Origin: Octopus vulgaris
Taxonomy: Eukaryota
NCBI GenBank assembly: GCA_951406725.2
Contig: OX597832.1
Coordinates: forward strand, 26,970,001-27,034,000
DNA length: 64,000 nucleotides
Direction: 5' to 3'
The notes below the pieces were generated by a model. That model had not been told where the DNA came from, did no database searches, and was given only the letters and a program-made list of their open reading frames with translations. The translations under genes were made by a program, and so were the position numbers. The first letter of the stretch is position 1; each line of letters starts with the position of its first letter. Positions 25,420 through 37,463 of this stretch are shown piece after piece.

Positions 25420-26450
25420 TGAATAGTAGTAGTAGTAGTAACACCAGCAGGAGGACTTGTAGCCTTTCAAAGCTGTCACAGACTGGCAAAATGGATGTGG
25501 CTGGTGGCTGTTTAATCCTTTAGTATTTAAAGCAACCATAGCCAGCTCAAATATTCTACCTTATTTTATGGTCAAACCAGCCAGATCCAGCCTCTCACAC
25601 TTACCCTACATTTATCCTAAACATAAACAATCATTGAAATCCTACATCTAACCATTCCTGTTCAACTACTACATACAAAGTCTTTTGTGTCTGTCTATCA
25701 GATGATCTGGGGCTCCACAGCATCTCTTGCACATCCATACCATTATTTTTTTTGTCTTTTATATCATATGACACTCTGATCTATTCCTATCCCACATATG
25801 GAGCATGGCCACTTCCTAGGAAGCTGCAAAGGTCCTGTATTATTTCCTGCTTTTTAAAACATTTTGTCTTTGCCACATTTAATTTCGTTCTGGGTGTTGC
25901 GTCTACTTTTAGAAAGACTGCTCTAAATATTCAACTGTGAGAACCGGGTCATTAACAAACAACAGTTCCTCTGTGTGTGTGTGTGTGTATCATTGCTTTT
26001 GCTCCTACTTTTCAAGGCTGACACAGGGTTGGACAAGATTTTTTTTTTACCTTCCTCATAACAATCTTTTCAATTATCTTAAGATGCAAGTATTCAAGCA
26101 TAGATTTGTCTATGATGTGTGTTTGTGTGTGGCATCCAGTACATTCTGCAAAGTGGTTGGAATCAGGAAGGGTATCCAGCTGCTGAAATCATCCCAAAAC
26201 AATGGAACCTGGAGCGGTTCCTGGCTTTGCCGGCATCTGTCAAACCATCCAACAAATGACAGCATGGAAAATGTACATTAAATGATGATGATGTCACACA
26301 CACATTATATATATATATATATATATATATAATAATAATAATATTAGGGAGTATAACTCCAAACTTACAGGGAAAAATTCAATTTAGTATTAAATCAAAT
26401 TTCACAATATATGAGTTGCATAATAGTGGTTTTATCTCTCATTTATATTT

Positions 26451-26504
<54 letters not shown>

Positions 26505-26671
26505 TGCATACTCACTCATACACACACACAAACATATACAACATATATATGTAACCATTTAAATAAGGATAATCAAAAGACAAAACAAACAAACAAACAA
26601 TAATCCATTTCGAGGAACATTTTATCCTTTATTCCTATTACATAAAGCAAGGAAATTAACCGAGTTCTTAC

Positions 26672-26900
26672 GGCTACATCAATACAGAATAATGTGTTTT
26701 ACAGTAAACGATAACACTTGCATGTCAACAGATGATTGAATTATAAATTTTAATGTTTACAGTCGGAGAGAAATCAAACATATTTGATAGCTTTACTAAC
26801 TCAAACTTCTATTTTAATTTGTTGGATCGTTTAAACATCTACGACGTCGCTCACTGCTTAAAGTTTGACTTTGTTCTGTGAGTCGATGAATCGTACACAG
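26672..26900 (-). promoter_or_regulatory. Candidate CLIP3/4 promoter / non-coding first exon
   Basis: Repeat-free island with local CpG enrichment (cgacgtcg at 26842-26849) and a minus-strand donor GCC|GTAAGA at 26671. An upstream exon is required because the ATG exon begins with an acceptor. Confidence 0.3.
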
Positions 26901-27225
26901 GTTTTTCTTTTTTTTTCTCCCAGTTCTGCTTGAAGTATTTTGTTAAGCAATAACTCCTAAAGTTGTGTCATGACATAGAAATGTCACCACCACTTTGGTG
27001 GTGCCCTAATAAACAACAGTATAAAAGTACATAGAAGAGATATAACTATCTATATTATGTCTATATTGCTATATATACACTAGCATAGCTAGAGTGTTTG
27101 CCACCCTCTGGACCCCACAAAAAAAGACCCAAAAGTGCTGCACTATTAAAAATGCTGCTGGGTTGGACCACCCCTACTACTCCCACCTAGCTTTGATATA
27201 TATATATATATATGTATGTATATAA

Positions 27226-27264
<39 letters not shown>

Positions 27265-28039
27265 TAAACAGTAAAAATAATTAGACATGGACAAGAACAT
27301 GAAACACCACAGAGACGACACAAGAACCACAGGACGGGACATTCGAAGCCCTCAGTCATCAGTCAAGAACCAGATCATCTTAGCAATTTCGGCTGATATA
27401 TATATTTCGATCTTTTGAAATCGAAATTGATCAAAAATCAATGGAAAATGTAGTTGTGATACCAGTGCCGGTGGCATGTAAAAGAACCATCCGAATGTGG
27501 CCGTTGCCAGCGCCACTTCGACTGGCCTCCGTGCTGGTAGCACGTAAAATGCACCAGCCAATTGTGACTGTTGCCAGCCTCACCTGGCACCAGTGCCGGT
27601 GGCACGTAAAAAGCACCCACTAATCTCATGGAGTAGTTGGCGTTAGGAAGGGCATCCAGCTGTAGAAACACTGCCAGATCAGACTGGAGCCTGGTGCAGC
27701 CTCCATGGCTTCCCAGACCCTGGTCGAACCATCCAACCCATGCTAGCATGGGAAATGGACGTTAAACGATGATGATGATGATGATGATGATATATATACA
27801 CACACACTATGTCATTATTGGAAGAGATATAACACAAATATTATATCTATATCATTATATCTAAGCTATATCCTGTATACTGTAGATATAACCAGATATA
27901 ACATGTCTCTATTGTAATTCTATACTTTATCGTATGTAGTAAAGATATAACGATCTATATTGTGTCGATATTGTTATATCTATACTCTGGCAAATATTAC
28001 TGTATTGACCAGATTATCAGATGTTGTTATACACTGTTG

Positions 28040-28360
28040 GTCACAATGCACTGGCAATATTTTCTTGACTGTGCCCTTCTTCTTCTGCCCCTTGGTCCAA
28101 ACTGTTTAATCAAATTATCTTTGCATCACTGTGGAGGCCTTCCAAATGACCTCCTTTGATCTCCTGGATACCACTCGGAAATTGCATGGGTTCACTTGTT
28201 GCCTGTGAGCCTTACGGAACTTTTGTTTTCGGTATTCTGCAATCATGAAGCACATACAATTATTTCATATATGCTCTCACAGTGCATGGATAATTCCAAG
28301 GTCCCTTGTGCCATAGCCAACTGAGGTTCTTTGCTCCTTGTAGAAGCCCATGTCTCATTT
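28040..28360 (-). mobile_element. Old degenerate RTE-like LINE fragment
   Basis: Minus-strand translation gives ETWASTRSKEPQLAMAQGTLE and EWYPGDQRRSFGRPPQ*, resembling RTE ETW.LT..E..L...QR.MER and EW.P...KR..GRPP.RW motifs. Confidence 0.6.
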
Positions 28361-29324
28361 ACATATAGACGTATTGGTATATAGGCGAGATATAACTGTT
28401 TACATTGAATTTATATCATTATGCCTATATTGTTATATCTATACTATATTGTATATAGATTAGAGAAATGATTATGTGATCTAATATAATGAATATGAAA
28501 ACTAATTTCGGTGTGTCAGTGTGTCACACGTTTTCAACTTTAATAAATCCTTTCTACTGGAAGCACAAGGTCTCAAATTTTTTGGGGAAGAGATTGAGTC
28601 GATTACATTGATCCCAGTACATAACAGGTACTAATTTTATCAACTCTGAAAGGATGAAAGGCAAAGTTGACCTCGGCGGAATTTGAACCCAGAACGTAAC
28701 GGCAGACGAGATACAGCTACGCATTTCGCCCGGCGTGCTAACGATTCTGCCAGCTCACCGCCTTGAAATACCAGTAAGCATTTCACCCAGTGTGCCAATG
28801 ATTCTGCCAACTCACCACCTTAATATAATATAATGTAATATAATATAATAAGTGTGACTGTAAAGTGTCAGTGTGTTACACTTTTTCAACTTTAATCCTA
28901 GAGGCCGTAGCCCAACATATCATAACATTTTGGAATCAGGCTGACTCCGTGAGTTAATTGAAAACATTCTCTTCCGAACTGGGACCCACAATCCTGAAAT
29001 TTTGGATTCCCAATTTTTCATTACTGTGATCGTTTTCGGCGATTTTTTTGGCTGACTTTTTGTGACAAATTTTTTTGTTCAATAACAATTTTTATAATCC
29101 AAAGGCCAACTCCATGAGTAAATTATAAAAACATTTGAAACTTTCTGTTGGTTAATACTTAAAAAAGACTCAAAGGAAAAAAAAAACTGTTAAAGCCTTA
29201 ATAGTATTCTTATTGATAACCACACACATGCTCTCACAATAATCCTCATTCTTTTTAACATCCACTTGGGTCAGACTTTCTACAGCTGGATGCTCTTCCT
29301 GTCACTAACACTCACCTGCTCCAA

Positions 29325-29500
29325 ACAGCTGAGGCTATACTCAACATAGTCAGCTCCAGGGCAGATGAGGCTGTACTCAACAGTGAATCTATGCCAGATA
29401 GGTGAGGCTGTACTCCACAGTGAGTCAACTCGATAGGTGAGGCTACACTCATCTGCTCCTCTGAGTGCCTACTTCAGACAGCTGAGGCTGTACTCCAGAG
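29325..29500. repeat. Degenerate minisatellite, five TGAGGCTGTACTC-like cores
   Basis: tgaggctatactc, tgaggctgtactc, tgaggctgtactc, tgaggctacactc and tgaggctgtactc at about 35-45-nt spacing. Confidence 0.7.
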
Positions 29501-29695
29501 CCACAGAAATACTCCAGTGCTGTACAATGACCAACAAAGCAAGGAATAGTATTTCTAAAGACTCTTCATATTTCCAATACAACCACTTGAAACAGTCAGC
29601 TGACTACTTTAGATAATTTTAAAAATATGGTATGGCACTGTGTGTCTGTGTGTCCGTGCACGCGCCAGTGCATGTGTGTGTGTGTGTGTGTATGT

Positions 29696-29729
<34 letters not shown>

Positions 29730-30060
29730 AAGAGGGAGAGAGAGAGTGAGATGGTGTGTGTAATACACAGATAAGCAGAATGATGTAAAACAGAGAGAGA
29801 GGAGATAGAGAGAGAGAGAAAGAGATGTAGAGACTGAAGGCAACAAAGATAGACAAAGAGAAAAAGTGAGAGAGAGAGACAGAGACAGAGAAAGTTGGAG
29901 AAAGAGAGAGAAAAAGAGAGGAGGCAGAAGGAAGAGAAAAGGAAAGTGATCATCGATATAGAAGTACAACACTTTCTCTGGGTTTGTCTTTGAGATGTTT
30001 TTCTTTTTGAAGTCTTCCCCACAATTTAAATTGGTCACTAACAAAGACTGTATGTATGAG

Positions 30061-30127
<67 letters not shown>

Positions 30128-30886
30128 AAATGTATGTATGTATATATATCAAGATTAATCAGCCGAAATTGCTACAATGATCCGGTTCTTGACTGAAGAT
30201 TGAGGGCTTCGAATGTCCCGTCCGTGTTTTTTGTATCGTCTTTTTGTATCGTGTTTTGCGTTCTTGTCCCAGTTTGTATTTTTCTACATATAATAATAAT
30301 ATATATATATAGATGTATATAAGTATGTATGTTCTCTTCTTTTTCAACCACATGGTTCCAGGTTCAATCCCACTGCATAGCACCTTAGGTAAGTGTCTTC
30401 TACTACAACCTTGGGCAGACCAAAACCTTGTGAGTATATGTGGGAAATGGAAACTGAAAGAAGCCTGTTGTGTGTGTGTTTATGCTTGAAAAATGGTATC
30501 GGTGTGTTTACATGCCCATAACTTAACAGCTCAGCAAAAGAGACTGGCAGAATGAATACCAGGCTTAAAAAAAAATAATAATAATTAAGTACTGGGTTTA
30601 ATTTGTTCAACTAAAATTTTCCAAAGCAGTGCTCCAGCGTGGCCGCAATCTAATGACTGAAGTAAGTAAAAGATAAAAGATATATGCTCTCTCTTATTTT
30701 TAATTATCATTATATATGTATACATTAGTGTAGGTATACATGTTGCAACGTGTGTGTATGTGTGTGTGTGTGTGCTTGTGTATGTATCTAAAAGTATATA
30801 AGTGGTGATGTATAAATGTATGTGTGAATGAATGTACATACATGTTTGTATATATGTATGTATGCCTCAGTGTGTATATTATATAT

Positions 30887-30938
<52 letters not shown>

Positions 30939-31511
30939 ACACACACATTAGTGTGGGTATGTATGTTACAGTATATGAAACAAAAGATGGGAGGAAAATA
31001 AGAGTGTGTGTGTGTAAGTATATGAAAGTATGTGTGTATGCATGAGCATGTGTGTGTGTGTGTGTGTGTTAACAGGTCAATGATAATACAAGTGCCACTT
31101 AGTTGGTTTGGTTAGGCTATAAGAGCATTCAACCAAATGTATGCAGACACACACACACAGGCAACCATGTGCTCACACAGTCACATACACACACAACTAT
31201 ACATACACATATCCACACATGCCTGCACGTGAATCAAGTGGAGCATACATCTATATTCATGTACAGCCTTGTGTGTGTGTTAGTGTACACATGTATAGAT
31301 GCGTGTATGGCTAGAAGTATATTCATGAATACATGAGGCTGTGCATGTGTGTACATAGATAAAGCCCACATCAATGCACAACTATGTCGACCAATGGTGA
31401 GTCTTTAACAAATTAATTCTAACGAGATAGAAATTATGCCCATAACAATAGCAAAGAAAATAGTAAAGCTCTTCTACACCACCACGACCACGACCGCCAA
31501 CAACAACAAGT

Positions 31512-31870
31512 AGAGGCAATATGGCCCAGTGGTTAGGGCAGCAGACTCGTGGTCGGAGGATTGCGGTTTCGATTCCCAGATCGGGCGGTGTGTGTTTATT
31601 GAGTGAAAACATCTAAAGCTCCACGAGGCTCCGGCAGGGGGTAGTGGCGACCCCTGTTGTACTCTTTTGCTCCAACTTTCTCTCACCCTTTTTTCCTGTT
31701 TCTTGTCCCCGACTTCCTACGCAACTGCTGAGCCCGGATGCGCATTCATCCATCCGTCGATGCTCTCGGTGTCGGTGGGGTTGACCTGCTTTCTCTTCTG
31801 CGGGTCTTACGAATAGCAAAGGACCATGTTTCGGACTTCTCCCACTACATGGGACGAAGACCGCTTCGCT
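31512..31870 (+). mobile_element. SINE family D, CpG-rich tRNA-like head
   Basis: A-box-like tggcccagtgg and B-box-like ggtttcgattccc; the body aagctccacgaggctccggcag...actcttttgctccaactttctctc is shared with 41215-41295. Confidence 0.65.
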
Positions 31871-33839
31871 CAACATCAACATCGTCAACACCACCACCAC
31901 CACCACCACCAACAACAACGGTTTCAGATTTTGGCACAATGCCAGCAATTTCGAGGGAGTGGGTAAGTCGATTACATTGACCCCAGTGCTCAACTGGTAC
32001 TTATTTTATCAACCCCCAAAGGGATCAAAAGCAAAGTAGACCTTGGTGGAATTTGAACTCAGAACATAAAGACAGATAAAATGCCGCTCGTGATTGCTAA
32101 TGCACTAATGATTTTGCCAGCTTGCCACCTTAATAATGATGGATGATAATGATGATGATGATGATGATGATGATGGTGGTGATGCAGTTACCAGACAGTG
32201 GCTCTCATGGCTTCTGGTCTTCCCTGATTGGAAGTGTTATCATGTACATTGTTTTGTCTTGGTATAAAAGATGGGCTACAGCAAATATTCTGCTCAATAA
32301 CACAGATTTGTTTGTCAGTTGTTTGACCGTAACCAGTTGAGCATGTCCCTTAGTGGCTGACGATATGTGCATCGCTGATCACGAGCAGAAGTAGTGGGGG
32401 AGCATCATAGCCATGTGCTGAGAGGAATTCTTTGGGGTTTGGATAATTTACCTCTGGAAACATGGGTGGTTCATTCAACATCCTTAAACAATCCTTATTC
32501 AGGGACCTTTTGAGTGGGGTGGGTTACTTGACCAGAAGAAAATTCTAACAGGGCCCCACCTACAAGGTCATGTGCTATTTATCTTGATATGAGATCACCA
32601 TGTTATGCACATATGATTGGGTATACATGTGCCTGGTTCACACTTATCAGACAAGTAGTCATGATGGGTATACTAGGTTTCGCATATTTGTACTGCAATC
32701 TCACTCAATAATAATAATAATCCTTTCTACTATAGGCACAAGGCTTGAAATTTGAGGGGAGGAGGCTAGTCGATCACATCGACCCCAGTACTCAACTAGT
32801 ATTTAATTCATCAACCCCAAAATTAGTTTCTAAATGGTGACCCGAGTTTTGGTCCTTTCTTGGTGCTATTTCTCTACCCTTTATTTCCATAGACAATATC
32901 CATAGGAAAGGCATGAACATCACAACATCTTACCTCATTATCCTGAAATATAGGGTCTTCCTGCAGAGTTACATATGAGCCAATATCATTATGTTTAATG
33001 CGCAGAGGGACTCTCACTCTGCTCCCTATTTCTTTAATTTTTCTCCTTCTAGTTACTACTACATAAACCACCACTACCACCACCACCACACATCAGTATA
33101 CCATCACCAATACACTCCACCATACACATACATCACCACCACCACCACCACTAAAGTGAAACTGAGCAAACATAAGATGAGATTAGGGTAGATACTTAGC
33201 AGAGTTGGGGAGGGGGTGATGGCAGGAGAAGAGGAAGAGAGAAAGGGGTGGGTGGATGGGTTGGGTGGAGGGGAGAGATGGGGGGGGGGGGGTAAGTGAC
33301 ACACAGACAGAATATAGGTATGGATTAATATCCGTTAGAATGATTAATCTGGTCGCTGGGTATGGAGAGGGTATATTACCAAACAGGAAACTGGTGAGTG
33401 CTGAGTACGTTGGGGAGGGAGGAGGAAGGGGGGTTAATTGGCATGGGGGGTGGGGGATTAAGGAGAAGGAGTGGGAGGGGACTACTCTCCTTCAAACTAC
33501 CCCCATCCCCACCACATTCCACTCCATGTACACTCCCTCATCACAGAGAGATACAAGAGCAAAACCTATATCATGTCTTAGGGAAGGGTTGGTACAACTG
33601 CTCCACTCCACTCATGGGGAACCTGTCACTTGCACTCAGCCTGAATGTAACATCAGACATTGAGATTTGGAGTGTGACTGGATGAGGTCAGTGGAAGGAA
33701 AAGAGGAAAGATTCTAAATATCTTTGCTTTACCTCCACATCTTTCTACCCCCCCCCCCCCCGTCTTCTCTCTCTTCTTAATTTCTCACTGATTAGTGTGT
33801 GTCAGTGGGGAAGGTCTGTCACTTCTGCTTCATCTAGAC

Positions 33840-34074
33840 CAGTGCCTTGCAACCATTTTTTTCTACCTATGCATCCCTTTGTTCCCTATTTTAGTCTTCT
33901 CGACACCCATAACGATTCCACATTTCAAAAATTATATATTTTTATAATTAAATTTTTATAGGATTCGTATTAAAAAATTGTCCAAATACTTTGAGGACTG
34001 CAGAAGTATACCTAATTCATTGTAGATAAACTTCAACAACAAAATCTTATATGACCCCTTGTTGAGAACTACTG
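33840..34074. mobile_element. hAT (Charlie-like) MITE
   Basis: Termini cagtgccttgcaac / gttgagaactactg; flanking 8-mers atctagac / gcctagac fit a degenerate 8-bp TSD with a central TA. Confidence 0.6.
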
Positions 34075-34215
34075 GCCTAGACCCTTCTCTCACACACACA
34101 ACCTTTTCATCCATCTCCCCTTCCATCTACACTCCCTCACAATACACTATCACTCCCTTTACCAATCCTACTTACTCTTTTTGAGACCATTATCACACAA
34201 AAGAATGAACTAACT

Positions 34216-34388
34216 GTACCACACTGTGGTACCCATTTACAGTTAGGTAGACTTTGTCATGGACACAGTACAATGAAATATATCCCACACTATGGTACCT
34301 AATTACAGTTAGGCAGACTGAGCCATGGACACAGTACAGTGAAAAATACCACAGTGTCGTACCTACTTACAGTTAAGTAGATTGGGCT
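34216..34388. repeat. About 65-bp tandem repeat, about 2.6 copies
   Basis: ccacactgtggtacccatttacagttaggtagact...catggacacagtaca repeated. Confidence 0.8.
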
Positions 34389-34611
34389 GTATATTCTTAT
34401 GCATAAGTTGAGTAAAATAGTTTAGATTATGTAAAATATTTTTAAAATTTACAGAAATAAAATCCCAACAAAATACCCAATAATTTGTGTATTGCAACAG
34501 TATAACCAATTTATTGCACATAAAGATCAATACAGTTCTATCCTTAAGAGATGAGGAATTATGTACACTATTTACATTTGACGGATATCTGTCCTCATCT
34601 TGTTTGTTGTT

Positions 34612-34657
34612 AGCACAACGTTTCGGCTGATATACCCCCCAGCCTTCATCAGGTGTC
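34612..34657 (-). ncRNA. Minimal type I hammerhead ribozyme motif (Penelope-type), mirror copy
   Basis: Minus strand reads gacac-CTGATGA-a-ggctg(gggggtatat)cagcc-GAAAC-GTT-gtg, with a perfect helix II GGCUG/CAGCC. Confidence 0.7.
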
Positions 34658-34719
34658 TTGGGGAAATTTCAAACCTGGGGAACCTTAGGAATGAGAACCC
34701 AGGTTCGATATTTCCCCAA

Positions 34720-34765
34720 GACACCTGATGAAGGCTGGAGGGTATATCAGCTGAAACGTAGTGCT
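34720..34765 (+). ncRNA. Minimal type I hammerhead ribozyme motif (Penelope-type)
   Basis: gacac-CTGATGA-a-ggctg(gagggtatat)cagct-GAAAC-GTA-gtg; CUGAUGA at 34725-34731, GAAAC at 34753-34757, short self-complementary helix III (ACGU). Confidence 0.65.
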
Positions 34766-36408
34766 AACAACAAACAAGATGATGACAAATATCCGTCAAA
34801 TGTAAATAATGTATGAAGATCAATATTACAAAATACAAAAAAATCCTGAGGACATGTTACTGTGATTTGATAACGAGATGGCAGGTGAGAAAAAGTCATG
34901 CAATTTTAAAAGATTAAAGAAATTCTGAAACATTTTAGAATACTCCACCCCACCACACACATACACACATACATGCAATGAGAATATAATTATTTTAATG
35001 AAGATAGAGGAATAATGAAATTTCTACATTTTTGGATATGAGACAACTATAATATGCTGTTAATTAGTAATGCACAGAAAGCAATTGCTCACTCAATTAA
35101 TTAAAAATATGTGAACAATTTGAGAATAAAAGACAAATATCTGAGATGTGTTTTTATAAATTGCTGGTTCTATTTTCAAAGTGAAACTACATGTATGTTT
35201 ATTGAATGTATTGTCTATTATACACAGATGCGCATACATTATATGTGTGTGTGTGTGTGTGATTATTTGGTAAACAGTGTTGAATTTTACACTTCTGTAA
35301 ATAATAATATTTTATGGAATTTGTAGGCTTATAAGCAATCACTGTGGCATTGACTAAGGAAAACCAGTCCTAATATTGGCCGTTTAGCCAGTCCCAATAC
35401 TGGCCTCCGTAGACTATTCTGCCGACGTGACTTTGCCCTTCATCCTTTCCGGGGTCGATAAATTAAGTACCAGTTGCATACTGGGACCTGATCTAATCGC
35501 CTGGTCACCTAAAAACCCCATCCGATTTTGGGCCTTCTGCCAGCCTCGTCTGGCAGAATGTGTCGGTATTACATAAAAGCACCCACTACACTCGCGGAGT
35601 GGTTGGCGTTAGGAAGGGCATCCAGCTGTAGAAACTCTGCCAGATCAGACTGGAACCTGGTGCAGCCCCGGCTTCCCAGACCCCGGTGAACCGTCCAACC
35701 CATGCTAGCATGGAAAACGGACGTTAAATGATGATGATGATGATGATGATATATCAGCAGCAAAATTATTCAGAAGTGAATATTTATAATGGAGATATTA
35801 ATATTAGACTATTAGGTTATTGAAGGCAACACAAATAGTTTATAATAACAACAATATTGATATAAGTGGTTGCAGGCCTAAATCAGCATTATATAGCTAT
35901 AGAATTAAAATCACATTAATCAAAGGACACATTAAAGTGTCTACATCCAGCTAGAAAAATCAACTGGAACCTGGTGGTGGCTTCCAAATGACCCGGTTTT
36001 GACTCTTATTTCTAGCGCGGAAAACGGACGTTAAATGATGATGATGATGATATATATATCAGCAGCAAAATTATTCAGAAGTGAATATTTATATAGATAT
36101 TAATATTGTTATTATTATTGAAGGCAACACAAATAGTTTATAATAACAACAATATTGATATAAGTGGTTGCAGGCCTAAATCAGCATTATATACTATAGA
36201 ATTAAAATCACATTAATCAAAGGACACATTAAAGTGTCTACCCGCGTGGTCCAAATGGGGGTTTTGACTCTTATTTCTAGTGGGTAGACATTTTAATGCG
36301 TTTTGATTAATACACACACACACACACACACACATGTATATAAAAAAAGAGATCCCTTATTACTGTAATACACACACACCACACACACACACACAGACAC
36401 ACATGTAT

Positions 36409-36600
36409 GAGATAAGAATGGAATAAATGATTATCTTATGAATTTCAATAGCTTACAGCTGTTTCTGCTATAGAGTATGGTGGACTCATAGTTGAGTGCC
36501 TGAATAACATGTTATGCTGTTACCGAGGCACTCAACTATAGCGGAAACAGCTGTCAGATATTGAAGTCCATTAGACAATTGTTTATTCCATTGTCATCTC
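36409..36600. repeat. Fold-back element with degenerate hammerhead-like motif (Penelope-like)
   Basis: Outer arms ...caatagcttacagctgtttctgctatag / ctatagcggaaacagctgtcagatattg...; inner arms atagttgagtgcct / aggcactcaactat; GAAACAGCTGT palindromic helix-III motif. Confidence 0.65.
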
Positions 36601-36750
36601 CTTTTTATTATCACCAATCTGTGCTGGACAAATGCTTTGTTCAGAAGCATACAAGCATTGAATTCTACACCAGGTTATTAAGTTAAGTTAATTTTTTGGC
36701 TCAAAAAGCAAAAAGCAAAGCCATGTAGTATCACAACATCTAAGCAATAC

Positions 36751-36782
<32 letters not shown>

Positions 36783-37414
36783 CATCATCATCATCATTAT
36801 CATCATCATTTAACGTCCGCTTTCCATGCTAGCATGTGTTGGATGATTTTGACTGAGGGCTGGCGAACCAGATGGCTACACCAGGTTCCAATCTGATCTG
36901 ACAGAGTTTCTACAGCTGGATGCCCTTCCTAACGCCAACCACTCCAAGAGTGTAGTGGGTGCTTCTTACGTTCCACCGGCACGGGGGCCAGTCAAGCAGT
37001 ACTGGCAACTACCTCACTCAGGCACAGGCATGGCTGTGTAGTTAAGTAGGTTGCCTTGCAACCACATGAGTTTGGGTTCTGCCCCACTACATGGCACCTT
37101 GGGCAAACGTATAATCCAGGCTGGCTAATGCATTATGAGTGAATTTGATAGATGGGGAAACTATGTGGACGCTTGGCGTGTATGTTTATGTATATATGTA
37201 TAAATATGCATATATGTTTGTGGATGTTTGTGTTTGATCTCACCATCACTTGACAACCTGTGTTGGTTTGCTTACATCCCTGTATCTTAGCAGAGTTTGG
37301 CAAAAGAGGCAAACAGAATAAATGTCAAACATAAAAGAAAAGGAATAGTATTGATTTATGGGACAAAATCCTTTAAGGGGATACTGTGGCATGGCTGCAA
37401 TCCAATGACTGAAA

Positions 37415-37463
<49 letters not shown>

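Larger units (their letters stand above)
34564..34813. mobile_element. Fold-back Penelope-like pLTR remnant with about 116-bp inverted arms
   Basis: Arms at about 34564-34679 and 34698-34813 are near-perfect reverse complements; each carries a hammerhead core. Confidence 0.75.

Noticed and set aside
29325-29500. CRISPR-like repeat/spacer appearance
   Set aside because: Eukaryotic context, 13-bp degenerate cores, spacers related to one another, no cas genes.
31512-31590. tRNA gene
   Set aside because: A/B boxes are present but there is no clean cloverleaf, and the sequence continues into a SINE body; the same applies to SINE A and B heads.
32170-32705. Higher-complexity 530-bp segment, possible exon
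   Set aside because: No convincing ORF or splice pair; probably an unclassified interspersed repeat, which I cannot confirm from this window.
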